Shown one piece after another: positions 23,077-37,733 of a stretch of DNA of 64,000 nt (position 1 is the first letter of the stretch; each line of letters opens with the position of its first letter). The translations under genes were made by a program, and so were the position numbers. The DNA is from Vermamoeba vermiformis (taxonomy: Eukaryota): NCBI GenBank assembly GCA_045837725.1, contig JBEWZL010000184.1:1-64000 (forward strand), written 5' to 3'. The notes beneath the pieces are model-generated. The model searched no databases and was not told where the DNA came from. It saw only the letters and a list, made by a program, of their open reading frames with translations.

Positions 23077-26000
23077 TTAATTGATCAAGTTTTGCGCGTT
23101 ATCATTGGTATTATTGTTGCTATTATTGATATTATTATTCGATTGAGCTGATAAATCGAAATCGCTCTCCATACTGGGCTCAATATCGTCAAAATAAGCT
23201 TCGGAATAAAGTTGATCCATCTTTTCGCTAATCGGCGGAACAACGAATGGAATCGCGTCAGATGATTGCATTAGCCCTGAGCGACCACTTGGCACCATAT
23301 TATTGTTGTCCCTATTGTTATTTCTCGGTGTTGATTTGAATGGCGAAGGTGTGGGCAACAGCTCGAAGGCACTTTGACTGACAAAATTGAGCGAGTGTTT
23401 GACAGGACTTGATATCAATGAGTGCGATTGTGATTGAGACTGCGAGGCTGAACTCGATTTTGATGGCGACGGGCTCACTGAATTGAAATCGAGCGATTTT
23501 TTGACGGGTGAAGGTAGTACCTCTGAATCACTGCGTCGCAAAGTATTTTTGACCGGTGAAAGAATCTTTTCTTCGACTTTTTCTTTCTGCGACTGTGAAT
23601 TTTGTGAGCTCGGCAGTGCGATATCTTCAGCGGATAAATGTAACTTTGATGGCTGTGGTGGTGAAATTTCAGTACTGTTGCGCAAACTACGACTCTTTTC
23701 TTTGATCTCTTGCAATCTGAATAGCGGCGCACCCATGACCGACAACAAGGCCTCGTTGTTGCAAAAACAGAATGACTTGCTATATAGACACAACGCACAG
23801 CCCCAGCCTAACAAAACAAACATTAGGATTGGTTTAATATGACTTGTTTGCTTACCTTCGGAGCGTCTCTTAGCGCAGTTAGCGCACGTTTGACTAAATT
23901 TCTGCGCTTGATCGACAAAATCTTTGAACTTGTCGAAGACCAGTTGACACGCACCCGTGCCACCATCCACACTGTCGACCAAATAGCTGTGCAACAATTC
24001 AGCATTGAGGCGTATTTAAGGTATATAAATGACCTACCCAGAGGCTCCTAATGGATTTATGTCTTGTTCTTCAATGTCTTGATGTGACTGCTGCAGCAAC
24101 AACAGCGGAATAACTTGTTGCACTTGATGCACGAGTGAATGCATGGCAATGAACCAGCCTTCATATTTCTTCAAACTAATGCCTCGTTAAGTATATTAGC
24201 TAATATCAGTAGTATCTTACGTTAAGAATCTCGTGGTAATTTCAGGATCCGAGATCCGCTTCTCATTCATGCGCGTGTCAAGTGCGGACATAATCTTCTG
24301 AAATTTCGCATTGAGCATTCGTTTAGTGTCCTCTGAGAACGCTATTTCAAGGCACGGTGCTTCGTAACTGATTTCATATGGTTTTTCATAAGTCTGCTCG
24401 TTTGACGGTTTGACACCAACTGCGACGTCATCATCGCCTTGACTTTCGTTCAAATTAATCGAAGCTTCTTGCGATGAGTTTAATTGACTCGATGATATTT
24501 GATTGTTGCTATTAAAATCAATAACTTGTGCGCCATACACGCAATCAATCGCTGTGCCCCAACCTGTTCACGGCCATTAGCTGCCATACAAACGTCAATA
24601 AAATACTGTACCAAACGTCAAATCGATAGTAGCACTCGGGTTGTCAATAAACATGAACGATTTCTTCTTAAATACTCGCGAGATGTTGATCTTAGTCCTC
24701 TTCAAGGCCTTGGTGCGCACTGAACTCGATTTTTCAGTCAATTTCAACAACGCACGGCCAGTCTTCATGTCCAACGCTGTGACTTCAAACCTACGAATCT
24801 ACAATGTATTAGTACAATAAGATTAAATGGTGTTGTGCTTACATCGCCCTTGCCGTCCTGTGACATAAACACGGCGCCAGGGAACAATCGAGTCAAGGCC
24901 TGACGAGCAGACAGCACTTCAATCACGACCTCTTTGTTGTCTTGTTGGACCCACACAGCCGAGACTTTGTCTTTCAAGGCCTCTTTTTGGTTGCCAGTCG
25001 ATGTAATCGAGTCACCACGAATTGAAATTTCACGGTGTGGAAATCCATTGCCGACCCACTTCTTGATCGATTTTTGCAAAGATTTGTCTTTGATCACGTC
25101 GTTCAGTGAATTATCGGATAAATTTACCGTCCACACTGATCGTTGGGTCGATAATTTGTTCAATAATCCATACGCTTGACTTCCAAAAGTCCTTCAAAAC
25201 AAACATTAATATGTTAATACTTCTATAATAATGCATTATACGTACTTCTCGACGTTATGCGACATTAAACCACTTTCAACACAACAGCAGTGCAAATGTT
25301 TTTCGAGGGCCTTTGGATAGTTCGGATTAAAGCTAACATTTTCCATCTAAATCACACCATTAGCACTTGATATGTCATATTCAGATACACTCGTAGTATC
25401 TTACGTCAGAGCTTAACAGAGCTGCAGGATTTTCAGCGAAGTAAAAGTCCATCGCGTTGCGTTGTGACGGCAAAAACACGACGAGTCCAGGCTTAGCTCT
25501 GCCAACACGTCCAATCCGCTGCCAGAAACTCATTCGTGAGCCTGGATATCCACGCAATAAGCAAACATCAAGTTCAGCGATATCAACCCCTGCTTCAAGT
25601 GCATTTGTTGTAATCACCATTTTAATCTCGTTTCTTTTGAGCTGGTTCAATATTTGTTTCTTTTGGTCCTCTGGCAACGATGCATAATACGTCCTAATCT
25701 TCGTGTAATATTCGCGGAATTCAGGGTGGCCTTTGATAAAATTCACTAAACTATTTACAGCGTTGATCGTGTTGCAAAACACAATGCCCCGAAATCCGTC
25801 TTTGATCCACTACAAAGTATGAGAGATTATAGTACTATCGTAGCATTATTCTTACCGAACAAATGATCCTTGAAGAAGTTATTTGTGGTGATGCTTCAGC
25901 GGCCATACAAATGATTGTTCGGTCACTTGTTGACGCGCCACTCTCTTTGACCCAGTGCAGCCTGAAGAAATGGCTTTCACGGCTAATTAAAGTATTAGAC

Positions 26001-27466
26001 GGGCATAGTATAATGAATATAATACTAGCCTTATCAACTTCAACGCCATTTCTGTAGAGTTGCCGACAGTAGCGGATGCGAGAATGAATTGAATTCTGTT
26101 CGTGTTTGCTCCAAGACTTTCAACAGCGTTAAATAGCCGTCGTATTATATTCGTCATATGAGTGCCTAGACTTCCGCAATATGTATGGGCCTCGTCCAAG
26201 ATGATCAACCTTTGACACGTGTCAATTAAAAGTGTCAAAATTATTTAGCTTACTTTAAGCGGGAAATAAATTCTCGCCAATTAGCCCATTGCGGATCTAA
26301 TAATTTGTATAGTTGATGATGCAAAATCTCCGGATTTGTGATTAATATGTGCGGCGGTCCTTGCTGAAACATTTTAATTCGTTGTTCTCGCGACAATTCT
26401 CCAGTAATTGTGAATATTCGTAATTGTTTCTGTGGTGGTAATGCTGAATTTAATTTTCTAATTTTTTCTTCTTGATCTTTTGCCAGTGCATTCAACGGAA
26501 ATATGTACAGAACTGAATTCTTTTCAGGTGCACCGAGCAAAATTTCAAAAGCCTTAATTTGGTTAAAATGATAAATACTTAATCATTATACTTACAGGGA
26601 TGTTAAAGCATAGAGTTTTTCCTGATGAAGTTGGTGTTGTAATCATAACGTCCTTATTTTGTCGAATTTTTGTTCGCGATTCAACTTGGTGCGAATACAG
26701 CGATGAAAATCCTTGCTTCATTAATGCTTTTTTCAATTCTTCTGGTAAATTATCGGGCAGAGGCAACATGCTAACGGAATGTAAATGAAATTATTTCTTT
26801 CGCGCCAAATATTTGCACGTACTTGTTTTTCTGTCCAGGAATATGATGCAGCTTTACTGTGCTTTTTCGAAGTGCGTGGGCTAAATGACGGAATTTTGCA
26901 ACGGGAATTTTGTTAATATCTGCAATTGGTGGCTCTGTAATATAATTTAGAAATTAATGCAAGGGCGGGATCCGGTGATTACCAGATAGCCGGCTCGATC
27001 GAACGCCTCCGATGAACTGTGGGGTCTTATTATCAACTTGAGTCGAATTTTCACTGTTATTATTGTTTAACTCGGCTGTGGCGGGAGTAGCACTGCTTCC
27101 ATAAACGGATCCGTCCTCTTTAATTCGTAGAAATTAGTTTCGAAATTCAATATTCATTAAAATTATTAACAATATCACCAATATTACACTAATAATTCGA
27201 ATTAATTATTTTACTGCTGAGATTCGAATTTGAAGCAAATTTCAAACGAAAGACACGATCTACTTACCTTCAAACATCAATAAATTGATCGAATTATCCA
27301 CATTAAATTGCTGAGTATTTTTTTGAGACAGTTTTTGAGCTAATTGTGATGAAGTAAGAGAACTCGGCGATGAATCCGTTCGTGATTTTTTACTCGATGG
27401 AGAATCTGCCTCTGCTTCATCTTGCGGCAAAGGTCTTTTGTTCCCTGTAACATCGGATATCTCCAT
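23077..27466 (-). CDS. HRQ1: Hrq1/MrfA-like DEAH-box helicase with DUF1998 Zn module and low-complexity tail (multi-exon)
   Basis: LYSHQ, TPTSSGKT, IFPLNALAKDQ, ITNPEILH, LDEAHTY, ASATVGN, TNALEAGVD, QRIGRVGR, DSVDGGTG...C..C...GC..CL....C. Confidence 0.85.
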
Positions 27467-27551
27467 TTGTGTTGTTGTGGCTAAAATACTTCACAAAAGC
27501 AAATTTTAATATACACAGAATAATTTTACACATTTCGCGAGAGATAGCACG

Positions 27552-30222
27552 TTATTTCTTTACACTCAGATTAAGACCAGACATTAGTTGCCCGATAGCT
27601 TTAAGAGTATCACCAGTGTTGCCTAGTCCTTGCTTAATTTCTTCGCTAGTTGGCATATGACCTTGCTTGACAGGAGCGGTAAAGGCGACATTTTGTCGCT
27701 CTTCAGGCACGTTGCTTTTGACCCACAGGAACTGCAACAAGTTGAGGAACCTTTGCCACTCCGGGCTGCGTCGACCGTGGAACTCCAGCGGTTTGTCTGT
27801 GCAGGTTAGTATTGCGGAATAGTACTTCAATCGAGGCACGTACCATGACCTCGCCGATCTCTTATGTGCACCGTGAGTTGATCGAAAACATTATGAGATA
27901 CTTCGTAACTACCACTGCCGTAATCTTCTTCTGAGGCGAATATTTCTGCGCCTTTCATCGAGTAATTTTTCTATTGCGTGAAGCTTGTCAGATCCAAACA
28001 CGGACATTACCAATTACGCACCTTATCAAGCTTGAACACCGATTCACTTTCAACGCAAAATGCAAAATGATCGTGTTCTGGGTACCAAGCGCGAGGTACA
28101 TTGTCGTTATCGTGATTCAAAATCGAAACTTGACGGCCAGTCGGTATGCCAACTTTGAAGATCAAATAATCGACCATGGGCAGACACTTGCACGACAAGG
28201 CCAAGTCTAATGTCTTCTGACCAAAGTCGTCAACAAACACCTTCAGAATACTCGGCAATTGATTAATAATTTTCTGAGCTGCAGGCCAGGCATTTTGCAA
28301 TAGTTCGTTTTTGAAGTCAAACTGCGCTGCTAACGTCAAAAATGCTCGAACCAAATCTGGTTTTGTCTCATCGAACTAATAACGGTTAAACATCTAACGC
28401 GGAATAGAATTAAAATTGGGCTTACGGTTGCTCCAGCAATTAACAGCTGTGCCATTGCGTGTTGCAACTCGAAATCGGTTTTACCGACCTGACTTAGCAC
28501 TACCTATGAAATAATGTGATTAGTGTATTTGTTGTAAAAAAAAAGAATAATTTTTAGCCTTACTCCCATGGGCGTCAATCCGGCGTTGTTCTGAGCATTA
28601 ATTTTCAGTCCTTTCTTAATTAGATACTCCACGGTGTGTGGTCTAGGAGCACCATTCACGCACAAATGTAACAGCGTGTTATTTTTGTCATCGACTACAT
28701 TCACGTTGACTGTAGGGTCATCTCCAATCTTGTACATTGTTTAGAAAATTCGTGCATAATCAAGGTGACTTACTATCGCTAAGATATTGTCGAGTGCTTT
28801 GACTATAAGTGAGTCTAATTGACTGTCAAGGGCGTATTGGATCGCATTCTTGAGCGGGGTGCCAGCGCGGAACTGAAGAAGGTACTCTTTGGGGACCTGT
28901 CTGAACGAATCCTCCTAATGTCTGTGTTAACAGTTATTGGCTTAATATTGAGGTGGCTTACGGCGGCACTTTGCGTAAACTTTGGAATGAGAATGTCAGT
29001 GGCTTTGTCAACAATAGTTTGTGATTCGTATTTGAACGCATAATAAATCACTGGGCCTATTGTCTTCGTCGAGCACACGAATGGTATTTTTCTGGTTAAT
29101 TCCGCTTCAAGTTGTGCTGCGACGTACTTGACAGCCAGCGCGTAAGTAACAACAAAGGCCTCTTGTGAAGGAACGCTTTTGAGGAAACCTGAAGCGATAA
29201 TATTAGGTATAATAGTCAAAGGAGGCTATTGCGCACCTCTATAGACGTAGTGCAGCAATGAATCGAAAGCAATTTTGAAAGCATCAGGCGTCACATCCTC
29301 GTGCAATTCAATCGTCACTTCGCGTGCACTGCTGTCTTTCATGCCCGATCGGAACAAGCCTTGAAAGTACTCCAAACCTAAGTTCCACTCATTAGCACCA
29401 CTATTTGACGTGTATTGGATGGTTCGTACCATTAGCAAGGACAACTGAGTGACAGTGGTACGTGTACTCCGTGCCCTTCAATTTGACCAGCAGATCCCCG
29501 TCATAAATGTTGTCGCTATTCGCTTCAGGCAACGACTCGTATATGATTCTGCCGAGCTCAAAGAAATGGTTCTTGTTCGCTGCCTCTTCGGGTAATTTGT
29601 TTGTCAGTGCCCATACGAATGCGTACAACTCATATTTCTATCAATAGTCAGCCTCTATTATGAACCACCGAGCCTCTTCGTACCGTAAATACATCTAATA
29701 GTGGGTAGCATTTATCGTTGTCCCAAGCAGACTCATCGTACAACACGCGTAGAAAAAGTTGGGTCAGATCCGCTTTGCCTTCGAGTTCCTCGACAATAAG
29801 AACCTTCTTAATTGATGAATTGTTATCGATGTTATCGGTATTTAATCGTCGATCTGGACGTTCTAAGCTCGCGACTAATTTAGGACTCCTTCGTCTTAGC
29901 AAGGTAGTATTACAATAAAAAGACGGTGCATTTTCTTCTCGCGACACAAATATTTGAACATCGCTTAGCAAGGGCTCGTTAAACCAGCGAGCAAGTGAAA
30001 TTACATTTTGCTCCAGTCTTCAAAAAAATTCGGGTTAATACTGGCTAATTCTACAAAACCTATTACGACCAAAATGTGTACAAATAACTTGTAATTTAAT
30101 TATCTAATTAATAAAATTATTTCGTGGTGCATCTCGTGTTTAGTTAGATCAATCAATACTGTAAAAGCGATGTATTCAAAGCTTTACCTATTCGCTAAAG
30201 ATTCTACCAGAGGTGTATTCAT
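27552..30222 (-). CDS. Tandem BTB/POZ domain plus ankyrin repeat protein (multi-exon)
   Basis: FNEPLLSDVQI...LLRRRSP; DLLVKL...YHCHSVVLA...EYFQGLFRSGMKDS...EVTI; ankyrin NTLLHLCV...YLIKKGLKINAQNNAGLTP. Confidence 0.75.
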
Positions 30223-30392
30223 TATGGTAACTTCCTCGAATTTCAAATAACTTGATGCGTAACGGCTTGCTCGAGTTTTCCCTGTTTTTTTCTGCTCTAT
30301 TTTGGGACACGCATAAAACTCTCTTTAGAACATTCGAAAGATAACTTTTTAAATCTAAACACAATAAACCTCATTATACGTGAAGGTTCGTG

Positions 30393-33300
30393 ATGGCCGA
30401 ATTGGAGAGCACGGTCCTAAACGGGCTGACGTTTTCAATTTTCGAATCAATCGCTGCCCCGAAGAAGAAAGAGCTCACTGAATTGATCAAAAAATATGGC
30501 GGCGCAGTGTCTTATATGATCTCTAATAGCGTAAGCAAAATACACACACTTCACAATTTACGATCAGACTTTGGTAGTAGCTTTAGAATTCAAAAATGGT
30601 TAATAAATTTGTTTTCATTTATCAGGTCACTCATTTAGTAGTACGCGATGAGGATTTAAAGAAATCAGACAATCCAAAAATCAAGAAAGCTAAGGAAAAG
30701 AAGATCACGCTGATCACAGAAGTTGCCTTAACGAAATTGGTTGAAACAAAGAAAAAAGAAGCCTCTAGATCACAGCCATCTTCAGGACTCGCTACGCCAA
30801 CCAAAAGAACCTCGAAAACTCCCTCAAAAGAAGTAAGCGGATTCAGTTGCAACAAAGACCAACTTTAACGTATCTTTCAGGTTTCGAGTACTAATGGAAA
30901 AGAAACCCCAACTCGTACCCCTTCTTCACCAACCAAGGTTAAACCATCAGATTCTATCGTCAAAGCCAGCGAATTAAATATTTCAGTTGTCTCGCAGTCA
31001 AATCCACACAAAGGACCTCCCACAGTAACCCTATTATTGCCAGACCACGGTGCGTCATAATTTACCAATTTAGATCAATTTAGAAGCGAGTTTGAGCCAT
31101 CGATGCTTCTAGAGCCTTTCCATTGAAAGTCTAGAACTGACTTCCATTTTAGGAGCTATTACTGGTGACTTCCAAGTCGCTGTGTTTGGTCTCGGTTTTA
31201 CTCCCAATCCTAAGTTTAGGTATGACGTAATTACAGCTCGACACGAACTAATTTCTTTCAAACAGAGTAAAGTTCGGATCTGTCACGAGTGTGAGTTATG
31301 AATTCCACAGCGCGACATCTGTAATTTGTAAAATTCCCTCGACGCTTGTGCAAGCAGGAGAGGTTCTTGTCGCTGCATCTAACGACGGAGGACGTACTTA
31401 CGGTTTCCCTGCTCGCTTCAAATTCATTGGTAAGTTGGTCCCTCACAATGCTGTCAAAACTATCCAAACTAACATCGATCAGATGCTGTGTTCTCCACGA
31501 ATGTATCGAGTCCAGACGTACAATTGTCATTGCTGAGCGGTCAATTGCTCAATCTTCACCGTGCCATTCAAAACATTCAACGCATGGAAGTGGACATTAA
31601 GAACCAAATCCAAGCCGTGGCTGGTGTTGACATTGTGGCCCTTCAAAAACAATACGCTCTCGACAACGACATCGAAGAGGATTACAGCGGCGAAGATCAA
31701 GAGACTGAAGATGAGTATGAGGAAGAGCCCGATGAAATTCCAGCCGCCAAAGTCCAAACCAAGACCAACAAGAAAGGATTGCTCGACCGTGAAATTCGCT
31801 TGTTCATTGCCTCGCCCTTCAGAGACATGACCAGTGAACGAGATCAGTTGGTAAGGCGGGAGATTTCCTCATTTTTTGCCAGGTTGCTGACAGTTTCAAT
31901 AGGTCAAAATGGTCATTCCTAAGCTCCGCAAGATGTGCATGGAACGCGACATTGTGTTCTCCTACGTTGATTTACGCTGGGGTGTCACTGACCAACAGAA
32001 CGAATCGGCTGCCACGATGTTGATGTGCTTGCGCGAGATTGAGCGTTGTAACATGTTCATCTGCAGCTACGGTGAGCGCTATGGCTGGTCTATCTCGCCG
32101 GAGCACGACGGTGCTGCCAACGAGCTGTTGACGCGACACTTTGAAACAGCGGCCAAAGAGTTCCCTTGGGTTGACAAGTTCAAGGACAGAAGTGTCACCG
32201 AACTCGAGCTCAGAATGGTCTTGGAGAAGCGATACAACGGCCCCGAGAAGAGTGCTTGGTTCTACTTGCGTGATCCTTACTACATTGAAGAAGTGCCCGA
32301 CAAGGACAAGCACCTCTATTTGTCCGAGGGTCAAATCTCCGCCAAGAAGCTCGCCAAGTTGAAGCAATACATTCAAGAGTCCGAGCACCCCGTCAAGAAC
32401 TACAACAGACCTACGCAAATGATTGAATTCGTCTACGAAGACTTGAAGAACTGCATCGAACAGAAGTACCCGAAGGACACCACTTTGTCCGCTCTCGAAC
32501 GTGAAAGATTCCGTCACGAAATCTACAGCCGATCGTTGCTGCGCGTCTATTTGCCGCACGAAGACAGTTTGATGTCCGTTGACAAGTACATTGCTGGCTC
32601 TGCTCGTGCCCCGTTTGTGATCTCTGGTCCTTCTGGTATTGGTAAAAGTGCTTTACTTGCCAACTGGGTCACCAGACACCGCGAGCACTTCCCCGAAGAC
32701 ATCGTCATTTCACACTTTGTTGGTGCCTCCCCCAGCAGTGCCTTACACACCAACATGATGTACCGAATCATGGCCGAGTTGCACGAAATTTTGGACCTCG
32801 ATGAAGTCTTGCCGGACCCTGAGACTCAAGGCCAAATGATCGTTCGAGAGTTCTTCAAGTGGCTCGAGAACACGATGATCGATAAGAACCCTAACAAGCG
32901 TCGCTTGATCATTGTTCTTGACGGCCTCAACAAGTTGGACGACCGAGAAAATGCTCGCGAACTGATCTGGTTCCCTCACAGCTTCCCCAAGCGCGTAAGT
33001 ACCTAGACAGGTGTGAAATTTCAAGGCTAACGCGTGACATGCAGGTCCGTGTTGTTGTTACCACCACTCCTGGTGCTTCGTTGGACGTGTTGAGAAAGCG
33101 CAAGTGTGAAGTGTTGGACATTCCCTCGTTAACTGAAGGTGACAGAAAGAGCTTCTTGCGCTTGTTCCTCAACTTGAACTCGAAGAAACTCACTGAAAAC
33201 CAAGAACTCAAGATTGCTACTGCCCCTCAATGTGCTCACCCGCGATTCTTGCAAACCCTTCTCGAGGATATTTGCGTCTTTGGTGCTCACGAAGAGTTAG

Positions 33301-35575
33301 AAAAACGAATCGGTCACGACTTGCGTGCCAAGAACGCGGCGGAATTGTACGAGATTGTGTTGGACCGCATGGAAGTCGATTTTGATCTGCGCAACAAGGG
33401 CGTGGTCAATCTCTTCTTGTCGTACATTGCTTGCTCGCGACGAGGTCTCTATCTCGAACAAGAGCTCAAGCCTTTGTTGGCGCAGAAGAAGATCAACGAG
33501 GAAGACTGGTCCGATTTCTTCGTCACTGCCGAGGAACAATTGCTGTCCAATAGTAAGTCACAGTAGCAGTTAAGAATCATTTTCTGACCTTGATTTTTCT
33601 AGCCGGTGGCTTGCTGTCATTCGTCAACGAAGATATTCAAAAGGCCGTTGAGCGCAAGTACCTTTCAGACAAAGAAACAACCCGTCAATTGCACGAAGAA
33701 CTCGCCAACTTCTTCCTCAAGATTGAAGACCTCAGCACCCGCAAGATTGAAGAGTTGCCTTGGCAATTGGAGAAGGCCTCCATGTGGGACATGTTGAAGA
33801 CTACCTTGTCTAACTTGGCTATCTTCGACAAACTCTGGATCCCGGCTAACAAGTTCGATTTGCTGCGCTACTGGAGATCGATCGAGAAGAACTCGCAATT
33901 TGAAGCTTACCAATGCTACAAAACTGTCATTGACTTGTCACAATTCCCGCCAGGCATGATCGTTGGTGACTTGATGTACGAGCTCGGTCAATGCTTGCTT
34001 GAAATGGCCAAGTACAACGGTGCCGAAGAGGTCTATTACAAGGCCATTGAATACTTCCAAAAGGCCTCGCAAAGACTCAACGTCGCCAAGGTGTACGTTG
34101 ACTTGGCCACACTCTACAACACAAGAGTAAGTTGTTATTATATGCAGCTTTCAATGCTCACTTTTCACAGTCAAACGAGAGCGAGAAATCCGAAAAGATG
34201 TTGTTGCAAGCCCAAGAAGTCTACGAAAAAGAGAAGGGCAGCGACGCCGCCGAAGTTGGTCTCGTGTTGAACAAATTGGGTGTCGTCTACACCAACACCA
34301 ATCAACCTAAGCGTGCCTTGGAAGTCTTGGCACGCGCTCTTCGTATCTGCGAGAGCACTCTTGGCGTCGATCACTTGCAGACTGGTGAAGTCTACTACAG
34401 CTTGGGCTGCGCTCACTTGTCACTTCGAGACCTGCCCGTAAGTCCAGCGAAGCATCTTTTCGATACGCTGCTAACCTGCCTCGAATTAGGAAGCTGAAAA
34501 GTGTCTCTTGCGCGCGTTGAAGATCACAGAAGAACAACTCGGTGACGGTGATCCAGACGTGTCCAACATTCTCAACAGAATCGGCACGTTGTACATTGAA
34601 ATGGATCAGTTCAACGACGCTGAAGCTGCGTTCAAGCGCGCCTTGTTGATCAGAGAAAAGAAGTTGGGTGAAGACCACAGCCGTGTCGCACAGACCCTCA
34701 AGCACATGATTTCACTCTACGAAATGCAAGAGAACTACGATGACGCCATTCAAGTCGGTCGCAGAGCTCTTGAAATCTCCAAGAAAATCTTCGGCGAGGG
34801 ATGCTTGCAAGTGGCTAACATCTACATGCGTCTTGGTGTCATCTTCATGGTCGCTGAACGTCCTGACGAGGCACGCGATGTATTGCGCAGTGCATTGGCC
34901 CTCAAGGAGAGATTGAGCGGCAAGGGCAGCAAACAAGCCGAAGAAGTGCAACACATCTTGGATGTACGTGCTAACGTGTCAAAAATGTCACTTGGTAGCA
35001 TCTTACTAATTAACTTCACCATAATAGGAAATTGACAAGCCCAAGAACGTGCCACCTCCTCCACCTCCACCTGGTGCTCCTCGTCCCCCTGTCAAACGTA
35101 AGTTGACGATATTTTTTGCAAACCGCGCTGATCACTGACCTGTCACTCAGCACCCATGCCTGTCATCCAAGAGAAGCCCAAGCCCCAAGTCGTGGTGGAC
35201 ATTCCATTGGGCCCAGGTGGCGTGCCTCCCCCACCTCCCCCTCCACCTCCTGCAGGCCGCAAGCCCACGGAGGCCAAGGTCCAAGAACAAGTCTTCAACG
35301 CCGGCTACCTCGAGGACTTGCAGAACTACAACAGATCTGCCCTCAAACGCGCGCAAGTCGTGGACAAGTCTGACGGCAAACAAGCAGCCATTACTATGTT
35401 GGCGCAAAAGAAGGCCAAATTGAACTTGAAGAAGGCGACCTGGACCACTGAGAACGATGACGACGTCGATGTGTACGTAGAACCTGGCTAATACTGTTCG
35501 TTATGATTGAGTTTAATTTATAATATTTTCAGTCCTAAGACGAGAAAGTTGGAGATGTTGAAGAAGAAAAAATAA
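30393..35575 (+). CDS. NPHP3/TEP1-like STAND protein: BRCT - IPT/TIG - DUF4062 - NACHT-like NTPase - TPR - polyPro/WH2-like tail (multi-exon)
   Basis: BRCT LNGLTF...IKKYGGAV...VTHLVV. IPT-like PDHG...VAVFGLGF...FGSV...VICKIP. DUF4062 IRLFIASPFRDMTSERD...VDLRWGV. Walker A GPSGIGKSALL and Walker B IIVLDGL. Kinesin-light-chain-type TPRs (RALLIREKKLGEDH). Confidence 0.85.
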
Positions 35576-35716
35576 GACGACCCGATTCGCGTGACTTCAT
35601 AACTACAACGTGAAGCCTATTTTATTAGTCGATGGATGTTAGATGAATAAATATGTAGATTATCAACAAAATAAGCCTCTATTTCTGTACATTTGTTCGG
35701 AGATCCGAATCTGCTT

Positions 35717-37633
35717 CTACCAAATACTCCAGCTTCGTGCCGGCTTGTTCTGCCTGTTTTGCCGACAACCTGCAGCAGCTTTAATTAATTTATCTTCTTT
35801 TAGCCACTCATTAATCAAGTTGATTCGTCGTTCCTGAAAATAATTGGTTAGATCTCTTATTTCAGCGCAAAAAGTTCGCCTTACGAAGCTAGGATGAGTT
35901 GATAATATTTCATTGGTATTAATCGTTATTTTCGTAGTATTCTCGTCTTTCTTATCTTCAGATCCTTCTTTCTGATCTTTCTCTTCGTCTTTCTTCGGAC
36001 TAGTGGCCTTGTCCATTCTTGCGAACACTAATGGTGCTTCTTCGAGATTATAACAAGCCTTAGCAGCCAAATATAACCTAATAAAGAATTCTATGAATTA
36101 TGGATCCGCTACAATAGCATGAAGAAGACTATTATAACACTTGCAAACGGTATAATAACATTACTATAATATTCATACCCTATATAATCGGCTTCACTCT
36201 CCATTTTCCTGCTACGAGGCAGATCCACAACTAATTGGCCAATCTTATGAAAAATTATTAGAATGACGTATGAATGCTTCAGTAATTAGCAAAAATGAAA
36301 TAATATGAGTCCTTAACGTACGAAATAGCTCAGATCACTGCCTAAGACACCGCCAAACAGTTTCAAAAAAGCGAAGAACCCTCCAACTATCGCTAACAAA
36401 CCCAATCGCTCAGCCATATGATCTATATTATTATTAAATATACCATGCATATAGCGCATAACGTGATCTATTACCGGCTAAAACGTGACCCATCTCGTGT
36501 CCTAAAACGATCGCAGCACCGTCTTTGGTTTTTAAGACAGGCAGCATGCTATCCGTTACAAATACATGTCCTTTAATCACAAACGCGTTAGGTTGTGCGT
36601 CTTTGACCACGTAGTACTTCTGTTTTGGCAAATTGTTCGCTGCTGACAATCGATCTCCGATCTCTTTAATTTGTTGTAGCGCCTGTAAGGAGTGGAAATA
36701 TCATATTAGTACCTTACTATTAGCTTATTACTAACGTATATTAATAATACAATGAAAAGGCAACGCTATTTCCAAAACTTCATTTCAATTTAAAAATTGT
36801 CAGATCTGCCTTAAGTAACTATTAATTCAATTAAATATATTTTACCTCGCTGTATTTTCCTTCATCTCCTTCTTCAACAAGCGCGCCTTGTTCTTTATAT
36901 TGCGAGATCATTGACTGGACCGAAGTCTCGCTGATGAATGAACTCAGTTTGGGTCCAATAAATCTTAATCGACGCCGTTCAGTGACAGGAATAGCGTCGA
37001 TGCTGACATTATGATACGCGTAATATGCTGCGCCGATTGTTACAAAGGTACCGAGTGCTGCGTATGAACGAAAGTAGTTCGGATCCACCACTGAAAAGAC
37101 GACAGTTAATACTCGTGTAATACTGCTAAGTGATAATGACATCATTAAAGGGTTAAATAAAGCATTATAAACGTTACTAGAAAAAAAACGAGCTAGATGT
37201 CGTTTCGAAAGAATTACAACGGTTAAATTTAATAAATAGGTAATCTAATAAATAATTTTCCTATTGAGAAGTATAGCCAATAATTACGAATTAGAATGGA
37301 AACGAGATACGAAATCACTCGTTAAAATTAAGTTCATAAATAATAGAATAAATTAAATCACAGCGTATTATCACAAACATAATTGTATATTAACTATTGT
37401 GAGAGTTGATTTTATAACGCTTCAATGCTAAAATAATTATTAAGCAATAATTGACTCTACGTACATTCAGGAGGATCATTAGGACCACCCAATGAGAAGG
37501 TTCGTCTCTTGTATTGAGGTTTGAGCTTTTTCAACGGTTTTAAATCAGATCCAGTTGTTATTTTACGGTTGGAACCAGATCGAACGACAAACCGTCTAAC
37601 GAGACTGCTGGCCTTATCAAACAGTTTGAACAT
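35717..37633 (-). CDS. Peptidase M48 (Oma1-like mitochondrial metalloprotease, multi-exon)
   Basis: IPVTERRRL, PNAFV..GHVFV, LGHEMGHVLA, SRKMESEADYIG, AAKACY and LSTHPS. Confidence 0.85.
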
Positions 37634-37733
37634 TATATTGTGATATAAATATACATATATGTGTTATTTACAATGGTCTTTTGAATAAAAATACGAAGTT
37701 TACGAGCTGAATTCATTTTTATTTTTGACCGAG

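Noticed and set aside
31972-35070. Long antisense ORFs over the STAND gene (also at 44250 and 49276)
   Set aside because: These are shadows of codon-biased coding sequence with no motifs of their own.
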